Positions 57,713 to 64,000 of a DNA stretch of 64,000 nucleotides are shown here, piece by piece (the first letter of the stretch is position 1; each line of letters opens with the position of its first letter). The notes below the pieces were generated by a model, which saw nothing but the letters and a program-made list of their open reading frames with translations, did not search any database and was not told the origin of the DNA. The stretch comes from Chthonomonadales bacterium (lineage in GTDB: Bacteria > Armatimonadota > Chthonomonadetes > Chthonomonadales > CAJBBX01): NCBI GenBank assembly GCA_049967475.1, contig JBMFSQ010000004.1, positions 20,017 through 84,016 of the forward strand, given 5' to 3'. The position numbers were made by a program, and so were the translations under genes.

Positions 57713-59377
57713 ATGTTCAGTCGGTGGTGGAAGAGCGGGTACGGCAGGCGCTTGGCGGGAACCCTAGAGGCGTTTGCAGTTCTGGCCCTTGCTTCATGCG
57801 CCTGGGCCGGACCCCAGACGGTGATGGTACCTATGCGGGACGGCGTGAAGTTGGCCACGGATATCTATCTTCCATCCGGGACGGGACCGTTTCCCGCGGT
57901 TCTCGTGCGAACCCCTTACGGTAAAGGGATGGGGGCGCCGCTCGCCGCAGTAGCGAACACCCATGGTTTCGCATTAGTAGTGCAGGACACGCGAGGCCGG
58001 TTTGCCTCCCAGGGCGCGAACCTGCCGTTCGAAGCCGACGGCTGGCTGGACGGAACCGCCGACGGCTACGACACCGTGGAGTGGGTGGCTCGCCAGCCGT
58101 GGTGCACAGGAAAGATCGGCACTTGGGGCGGATCTGCGCTTGGGATAACTCAGCTCCTGATGGCCGGTACGAACCCGCCGCATCTGACGTGTCAGGTGAT
58201 TATCGTAGGAAGCCCCAACTTTTACGCGGATGCCACCTACCCCGGGGGTGTCTTCAAGCGCGCCCTGATCGAAGACTGGCTCAAGGCGACGCGCTTCGAG
58301 CCCCAGGCGCTGACAACGTGGGTATCCCACCCGACGTACGATGCCTACTGGAAGGCTCGAGACCTCGGTACGCGATGGTCCTGGGTCAACGTACCTGCGA
58401 TCCATATTGGGGGCTGGTATGACATCTTCACGCAGGGGACGTTGGATGCCTTCATGGGTTATCAGCACAAAGGGGGCCCGGGAGCTCGCGGCAAGCAGCG
58501 CCTCGTAATGGGGCCGTGGACGCACGGCGTGGGCAGCCGCACTGCAGGAGCGCTTACCTATCCGCCCAACGCCTCCGCACCTCCTAACCATGCCGACGAT
58601 GCATGGCGGTGGTTCGACCACTATCTTTCGGGAAAGGACAATGGGGCGGATCGCATTGCGCCTGTTGTGTACTATGTGATGGGCGATGTTACAGACCCCT
58701 CGGCACCTGGCAACCAATGGCGCACTGCCCCCGACTGGCCTGTTCCCTCTACGGCTACGCGGTATTACTTCCATCAGGATCGTACCCTGGGATCCCGGCC
58801 GCCTGCGGAGAAGAGCGCCTCGCTCACGTATACCTACGATCCAAAGGACCCAACTCCCGGGGTAGGCGGACCTCAGCTCACGATCCCGGCAGGTCCCCAG
58901 AAGCAGAATGCGATCGAGGCCCGGCCGGACGTCCTGAGCTTCACAAGCGAAGCGCTTTCTGCGCCATTGGAAGTAACCGGTCGCGTGAAAGCAGAGCTCT
59001 GGGTGCGCAGTGATGCGCCGGACACCGACTTTTTCGTGCGCCTTTGCGATGTCTACCCCGACGGCACATCCTACAACGTATGCGAGGGCCAGATCCGTGC
59101 CCGCTTCCGCGATGGGCTGGACAAGGAGCATCTGCTTGTACCTGGCCGCACCTATCGGCTCAACGTGGATTTGTGGTCTACCAGTATCATCTTCAACAAG
59201 GGGCATCGGCTGCGCGTGGATATTGCTTCCGCAAGTGTCCCCGGGTATGATCCCAATCCGAACACGGGCGCGCCGTTTCGATCCAGCTCCGAGAGCCGAA
59301 GCGCCCGCAATACCCTGATTATGGAGCGGTCCCATCCTTCGTGTGTCGTGCTTCCCGTGGTGTCCGGATATCGGTGA
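57713..59377 (+). CDS. CocE/NonD-family secreted hydrolase (peptidase S15)
   Basis: PMRDGVKLATD, RTPY, QDTRGRFAS, G.WGGSA nucleophile, GGWYD and GPWTH. Confidence 0.93.
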   Translation: MFSRWWKSGYGRRLAGTLEAFAVLALASCAWAGPQTVMVPMRDGVKLATDIYLPSGTGPFPAVLVRTPYGKGMGAPLAAVANTHGFALVVQDTRGRFASQGANLPFEADGWLDGTADGYDTVEWVARQPWCTGKIGTWGGSALGITQLLMAGTNPPHLTCQVIIVGSPNFYADATYPGGVFKRALIEDWLKATRFEPQALTTWVSHPTYDAYWKARDLGTRWSWVNVPAIHIGGWYDIFTQGTLDAFMGYQHKGGPGARGKQRLVMGPWTHGVGSRTAGALTYPPNASAPPNHADDAWRWFDHYLSGKDNGADRIAPVVYYVMGDVTDPSAPGNQWRTAPDWPVPSTATRYYFHQDRTLGSRPPAEKSASLTYTYDPKDPTPGVGGPQLTIPAGPQKQNAIEARPDVLSFTSEALSAPLEVTGRVKAELWVRSDAPDTDFFVRLCDVYPDGTSYNVCEGQIRARFRDGLDKEHLLVPGRTYRLNVDLWSTSIIFNKGHRLRVDIASASVPGYDPNPNTGAPFRSSSESRSARNTLIMERSHPSCVVLPVVSGYR

Positions 59378-59533
59378 GGCTTGGCTCCCGTCTCGATCTT
59401 CGCGGGCGCCGTAAGTTTGCCGGTGGGTGATGGGCGGCTCGGGGCGTTGCGTAGGGATGCCTGTTTCACTTCTCCAGTCAGCCGGATACGGGCAGAGGGA
59501 AGATTGGCCTTCGCCTAAGTCACCGTTCGGCCA

Positions 59534-59563
59534 TTGACCGCGCGCGATCCGGGAAGATATACT
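59534..59563 (+). promoter_or_regulatory. purL-purF operon promoter
   Basis: TTGACC-18 bp-TATACT. Confidence 0.7.
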
Positions 59564-59568
59564 AAGCC

Positions 59569-59627
59569 GCAGAGGGAGAAGGGCCCCTGCAGCCCTTTCG
59601 GGGGAGCCTTCTTCCTTCTTGTTGTTT
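59569..59627 (+). promoter_or_regulatory. Attenuator-like leader of purL (alternative hairpins with a U-rich tail)
   Basis: AGGGAGAAGG/CCTTCTTCCT stem followed by TCTTGTTGTTT; competing GAAGGGC/GCCCTTT stem. Confidence 0.5.
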
Positions 59628-59658
59628 GCCGGCAGGCTATACGGAGAGAGCGCACCGC

Positions 59659-61908
59659 ATGAACCCGGATGTTTACCGCCGCATGGGGTTGAATGACCTC
59701 GAATATCAACAGGTGGAAGCAATCCTCGGACGCGAGCCCACCGAAACAGAACTGGGAATGTTCGCGGTCATGTGGTCCGAGCATTGCGGGTACAAGTACT
59801 CGCGGCCCGTCCTGGCCCTCTTCAAAACGTATCGCGAGGCTCAGGAGCACGGCGAGCTGGAGAATGCCGGTGTGGTTCCCTTGGACGATCGGCTCGGCGT
59901 GGTGTTCAAGATGGAGAGTCACAACCATCCTTCCGCCGTCGAGCCGTTTCAAGGGGCAGCAACCGGGGTAGGCGGCATCCTGCGTGACATCTTCACGATG
60001 GGCGCGCGGCCGATTGCCTGCCTCAACAGCCTGCGCTTCGGCCCCATCGCCGGCGTTCGTGAAGCAGCCCGCAACCGATACCTGTTCGAAAACGTGGTGG
60101 AGGGCATCGCCCACTATGGCAATTGTGTGGGCGTGCCTACCGTTGCCGGAGAGGTGGCGTTCCACCGGTGCTATAGCGGCAATCCGCTGGTGAACGCCAT
60201 GGCGGTGGGTGTGGTGGAGCTGGATCGCGTGGCTCGCGCGCGTGCAGAGGGCATCGGTAACCCGGTGCTTTATGTGGGATCCAGCACCGGCCGCGACGGC
60301 ATCCATGGAGCCACGTTCGCCTCGGTAGAACTTGGCCCGGACACGCAGGCGCGCCGCCCGAATGTTCAAATGGGCGACCCATTCATGGAGAAGCTGCTCA
60401 TCGAGGCGACTCTGGAGGCCCTAGCTACGGGAGATATCGTAGGCATACAGGACATGGGTGCCGCAGGCCTCACATGTTCTACCTGCGAACCGGCATCCAA
60501 AGCCGGAACCGGGATGGAGATAGACGTGTTGCTGGTTCCCAGGCGTGAGGCAGGGATGACGCCCTATGAGGTGATGCTTTCCGAATCCCAAGAGCGGATG
60601 CTTGCCATCGTGCGGCGGGGAGCCGAAGAACGGGTGGCGGCCATCTTTCGCAAGTGGGGTCTCAATGCCGTGGTGATTGGGCATGTGACGTCCGACGGCA
60701 TGGTGCGCGTGAAGGAGGGCGAGCGCATCGCTGCAGAGGTCCCTGCCAAGGCTTTGACGGATCTGTGCCCAACGTACCGGCTCGAGGCGCGTGAACCCTC
60801 GTACGTAGCCCGCGTGCAATCCTTCGATCCCCTCACTTTGCCGGAACCAGGGGGATACGGCGAAACACTCAAGCGGTTGCTGGGTGCGCCCACCATCGCC
60901 TCCAAGCGGTGGGTTACGCAACAGTACGACACCATGGTTCAGACACAAACCGTAGTCGGACCGGGCGAAGGCGATGCGGCCGTGCTGCGCATCCGTGGCA
61001 CGCGGAAAGGCATTGCGTTGAAGACGGATGGGAATGGCCGCTATTGTGCGCTGGATCCGCTTGTGGGAGGCATGATCGCGGTTGCCGAAGCTGCGCGCAA
61101 CGTGGTTTGCGTGGGCGCCAGGCCTGCAGCCGTAACCGATTGTCTCAATTTCGCCAACCCCGAAAAGCCCGCCGGTTTCTGGCAATTTCAGCGCGCCGTG
61201 GAAGGCATCGCGGAGGCGACGGAAGCGCTCGGTACCCCAGTGGTGTCGGGCAACGTGTCGTTCTATAACGAGACACCGGATGCCGCCATCTTCCCCACAC
61301 CGGTTATCGGGATGCTGGGCATTTTGGAGGATGTGAACCGCCGGTGCACGTTGCCATTCCGTGAGGAAGGGGATATCCTCGTTCTCCTCGGCGAAGCCGC
61401 AGATCCCTCAGGGGGACTGGGCGGGAGCGAATATCTGGCTTTGGTCCACAATGTAGAAGCAGGGGCGCCTCCGCGTATAGACTTGGCGGCTGAGAGGCGC
61501 TTGCAGGACTGTGTGCTGGATGCCATTCGGGAAGGGCTTCTTGTATCCGCGCACGATTGCTCGGACGGTGGGCTGGCGGTATGCCTGGCGGAGTGCGCCA
61601 TGAGAGGTGGGGTTGGGGCGGCGGTGCTGCTGCGTTATCGGGACTTCGCCGATCTGCCTCCCAGCGCCGTTTTCTTTGGCGAGGCCCAGGGCCGCATCGT
61701 AGTATCCGTACGCACCGAGAAGCAGCTCAAGCGTTTGGAGCGGCTCGCCGAGGCCCACAATGTGCCCGCACTATGGATCGGGACGGTGGGTGGGGATGTA
61801 CTGCGCATGGCGTTGGATGGCGAGGTCTTGATCCAGGAGCCTCTGGATGAGCTCCGGCGCATTTACAATCATTCGATCGAAGCGATAATGGCGCCTGCAA
61901 CCGTATAG
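59659..61908 (+). CDS. purL: Phosphoribosylformylglycinamidine synthase subunit PurL (small type)
   Basis: MWSEHC.YK, ESHNHPS, GAATGVGGI.RD, DMGAAGL and SESQERM. Confidence 0.98.
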   Translation: MNPDVYRRMGLNDLEYQQVEAILGREPTETELGMFAVMWSEHCGYKYSRPVLALFKTYREAQEHGELENAGVVPLDDRLGVVFKMESHNHPSAVEPFQGAATGVGGILRDIFTMGARPIACLNSLRFGPIAGVREAARNRYLFENVVEGIAHYGNCVGVPTVAGEVAFHRCYSGNPLVNAMAVGVVELDRVARARAEGIGNPVLYVGSSTGRDGIHGATFASVELGPDTQARRPNVQMGDPFMEKLLIEATLEALATGDIVGIQDMGAAGLTCSTCEPASKAGTGMEIDVLLVPRREAGMTPYEVMLSESQERMLAIVRRGAEERVAAIFRKWGLNAVVIGHVTSDGMVRVKEGERIAAEVPAKALTDLCPTYRLEAREPSYVARVQSFDPLTLPEPGGYGETLKRLLGAPTIASKRWVTQQYDTMVQTQTVVGPGEGDAAVLRIRGTRKGIALKTDGNGRYCALDPLVGGMIAVAEAARNVVCVGARPAAVTDCLNFANPEKPAGFWQFQRAVEGIAEATEALGTPVVSGNVSFYNETPDAAIFPTPVIGMLGILEDVNRRCTLPFREEGDILVLLGEAADPSGGLGGSEYLALVHNVEAGAPPRIDLAAERRLQDCVLDAIREGLLVSAHDCSDGGLAVCLAECAMRGGVGAAVLLRYRDFADLPPSAVFFGEAQGRIVVSVRTEKQLKRLERLAEAHNVPALWIGTVGGDVLRMALDGEVLIQEPLDELRRIYNHSIEAIMAPATV

Positions 61909-61935
61909 ACACGGCAAAGGAAGAAGGGGGCGCGG

Positions 61936-62358
61936 ATGGCCTCATTAACTGTACAGGTAGAATACTCATGGGAGCCGGTAACGACGCATGGCGGCCAGAA
62001 GTACCGCTTTCCGGAGCCGTTGAGCCCCGAGTTCCGTGAGGAATGGTCTCGCCCCGCCGTGTATCGGTGGGTGTTTCGCGGGGACGACGGATGCCTCCGT
62101 GAAGCGCTGGTGGGAGAGGCAGAGGATCTTGCTCGATGCGTCTATCAGTACCTTAATCCCGGCGGAGGACAATACGCCAACGCGAAGATCCGCCAGAGGT
62201 TGGTGGATAGCTCCCTCTCAGGTGAGCGTGCTGAGCTGGAGGTGCTGAAGATCGGCTCCGTGTCGTTAAACGGGAATGTGCTACCGGCCAGGGATCTGAC
62301 GCGGCCGGCGGTGCGCCGGCTCTTGGAGCAGGCACTAAATGTGCTCGGCGCCAAGTAG
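61936..62358 (+). CDS. Hypothetical protein with a degenerate GIY-YIG-like pattern
   Basis: PAVYRW...LVGEAEDLAR...Y.NP...Q..N..I...RRLLE; purine-rich SD. Confidence 0.6.
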   Translation: MASLTVQVEYSWEPVTTHGGQKYRFPEPLSPEFREEWSRPAVYRWVFRGDDGCLREALVGEAEDLARCVYQYLNPGGGQYANAKIRQRLVDSSLSGERAELEVLKIGSVSLNGNVLPARDLTRPAVRRLLEQALNVLGAK

Positions 62359-62435
62359 AAGAAGAGGAGCGCAGAGGCGCCGCAGCACGGTGGGATGGCT
62401 GCGGCAGCGTGGGGCGGTCGGCGGGATGCCAAACG

Positions 62436-63935
62436 ATGGACCAGGGAATGAACCCGGTTGCTGGTTGTGAGGGTCCGCATGGGGCAGAGTGTTTGCAGGC
62501 CCACGAGGGACCTAGGGAAGAGTGCGGCATCTTCGGCATCTTTGCCCCTGGAGAGGATGTGGCCCGCATCACGTATTTCGGGCTCTTCGCCCTTCAGCAC
62601 CGAGGACAGGAATCCGCGGGCATTGCAGTGGCCAATGGTCGAGAGATCATCGTTCACAAGGAGATGGGTCTCGTCACACAGGTATTCGATGAGGCCACAC
62701 TGCGGGGGCTTCGCGGGCATATTGCCATAGGGCATACCCGCTACTCCACCACAGGCTCCAGCGTCGTACGCAATGCTCAGCCCATCTGTTGCGGCTTCGC
62801 GTCACGGCAAGTGGCGGTGGCCCACAATGGCAACCTCATAAACACCGCTCAGCTCCGGGATGAGTTGAAATCTCAAGGAGCGGATTTCGCCACCACCAAC
62901 GACAGCGAAGTGATCGCCCTGCTATTGAGCCGGCATCCGGCGGATGATCTGGAATCGGCCTTGCGGATGGTGCTTTCCAAACTGAGCGGCGCCTATTCGC
63001 TGGTGATCATGGGGCGTGATCGCCTGATTGGCGTGCGGGATCCCTACGGTGTGCGTCCTCTTTGCCTGGGTCTGCTGAACGGAGGACATTACGTATTCGC
63101 CTCGGAGACCTGCGCCCTCAACGTAGTAGGAGCCCGTTTTGTACGCGAGGTGGAGCCGGGTGAGATGATCGTAGTGGACGCTCACGGTCTGAGAGAAGAG
63201 CAGGTTCTTCCTGTTGGGCGCCACGCGACCTGCTTGTTCGAATTCATCTATTTCGCGAGGCCGGACAGCCAAATCTACGGCAGGAACCTGCACGCTGCGC
63301 GCCGCCGCATGGGTCACGAACTCGCTCGGGAACATCCTTGTCCCAACGCGGATATCGTTATTCCGATCCCGGACTCAGCGATCCCGGCCGCACTGGGGTT
63401 TGCAGAAGCCTCCCGCATCCCCTATGGTGAGGGCGTTGTGAAGAACCGGTACATTCAGCGCACCTTTATCCAGCCGGATCAGCGCATGCGTGACTTGGGC
63501 GCCCGCATGAAATACACGCCCTTGCGCGATGTGCTGGCCGGCAAACGTGTGGTTATGGTGGATGATTCCATTGTGCGAGGGACCACTACGGGCAAGTTGG
63601 TGCGGATGCTTTTGGATGCCGGCGCCGTAGAGGTGCACGTGCGCATTAGCGCTCCGCCGGTACGCCATCCGTGCTTCTACGGGATTGACATGGCGACGCA
63701 AGCGGAGCTGGTGGCTGCTCGCCACAGCGTGGAAGATATTCGGAAGTTGATCGGCGCCACCACGTTGGGGTACCTTTCATTGGACGGTGTGGTTCGCGCG
63801 GTAGGGCTCGGCAAAAACAAATTCTGCCGCGCCTGCTTCGATGGCCGGTACCCCATACCTGTTCCTCCCGACGTCAAAGTAACCAAGTTGATGCTGGAAG
63901 ACGTGGAGCCGGCCGCGGCAACGGGCCGCCGTTGA
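62436..63935 (+). CDS. purF: Amidophosphoribosyltransferase (Bacillus-type, propeptide and Fe-S)
   Basis: EECGIFG, LQHRGQESAG, GHTRYST, AHNGNL, VDDSIVRGTT; Cys ligands in CLFE, PCFYG and CRAC. Confidence 0.98.
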   Translation: MDQGMNPVAGCEGPHGAECLQAHEGPREECGIFGIFAPGEDVARITYFGLFALQHRGQESAGIAVANGREIIVHKEMGLVTQVFDEATLRGLRGHIAIGHTRYSTTGSSVVRNAQPICCGFASRQVAVAHNGNLINTAQLRDELKSQGADFATTNDSEVIALLLSRHPADDLESALRMVLSKLSGAYSLVIMGRDRLIGVRDPYGVRPLCLGLLNGGHYVFASETCALNVVGARFVREVEPGEMIVVDAHGLREEQVLPVGRHATCLFEFIYFARPDSQIYGRNLHAARRRMGHELAREHPCPNADIVIPIPDSAIPAALGFAEASRIPYGEGVVKNRYIQRTFIQPDQRMRDLGARMKYTPLRDVLAGKRVVMVDDSIVRGTTTGKLVRMLLDAGAVEVHVRISAPPVRHPCFYGIDMATQAELVAARHSVEDIRKLIGATTLGYLSLDGVVRAVGLGKNKFCRACFDGRYPIPVPPDVKVTKLMLEDVEPAAATGRR

Positions 63936-64000
63936 TGCCCGCCCGGGCCCGTTGCGCCGCAGAAGGCATGGAATGAAGCAGCGACTTTCAAGTTCATTCT

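Noticed and set aside
57974..59722. 582-aa minus-strand ORF
   Set aside because: Antisense to the CocE/NonD gene and purL leader; no recognisable domain.
63971..63999. Inverted repeat GAATGAA...TTCATTC and a possible next start codon at the window end
   Set aside because: Truncated by the window edge and cannot be interpreted.
1..64000. tRNA, rRNA, tmRNA, RNase P RNA, CRISPR arrays and IS elements
   Set aside because: No diagnostic motifs or regularly spaced repeats were seen in any intergenic region by eye; a tRNAscan/Infernal run would be needed to exclude them fully.

Overview
A GC-rich bacterial core-genome window with no CRISPR array, tRNA/rRNA gene, integrase or transposase that I could recognise. 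The gene content fits a diderm Terrabacteria lineage such as Armatimonadota (inference only): futalosine-type menaquinone genes, an LptD-like protein and Firmicutes-like rpiB-glyA-dCMP deaminase-wecA synteny. Main blocks in order: a futalosine/prFMN menaquinone cluster (ubiD/mqnL, PAP2, ubiX, ubiA/mqnP, mqnA, macrodomain); a GH29 fucosidase and ABC-2 exporter; the rpiB-glyA operon; LptD-like and HerA genes; a GAF histidine kinase with response regulator; several secreted hydrolases and peptidases; csp and purA; the ffh-rpsP-khpA-rimM-trmD-rplS-lepB operon, which ends in an RNase HII::YraN fusion followed by a Rad52/Sak-like annealing protein with a Zn-finger tail; an 11-subunit complex I (nuoABCDHIJKLMN, no nuoEFG); a degenerate Doc/Fic gene with an oxidoreductase and CocE hydrolase; and purL, a GIY-YIG-like ORF and purF. 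The best candidates for something undescribed are (1) a shared cis-regulatory architecture upstream of purA and purL (the same promoter TTGACCGCGC-N8-GGAAG-N-TATAMT plus leader hairpins with a CCUGC loop and terminator-like tails) and (2) the RNase HII-YraN/Rad52-like module. All protein family calls come from visual motif recognition, not database searches.
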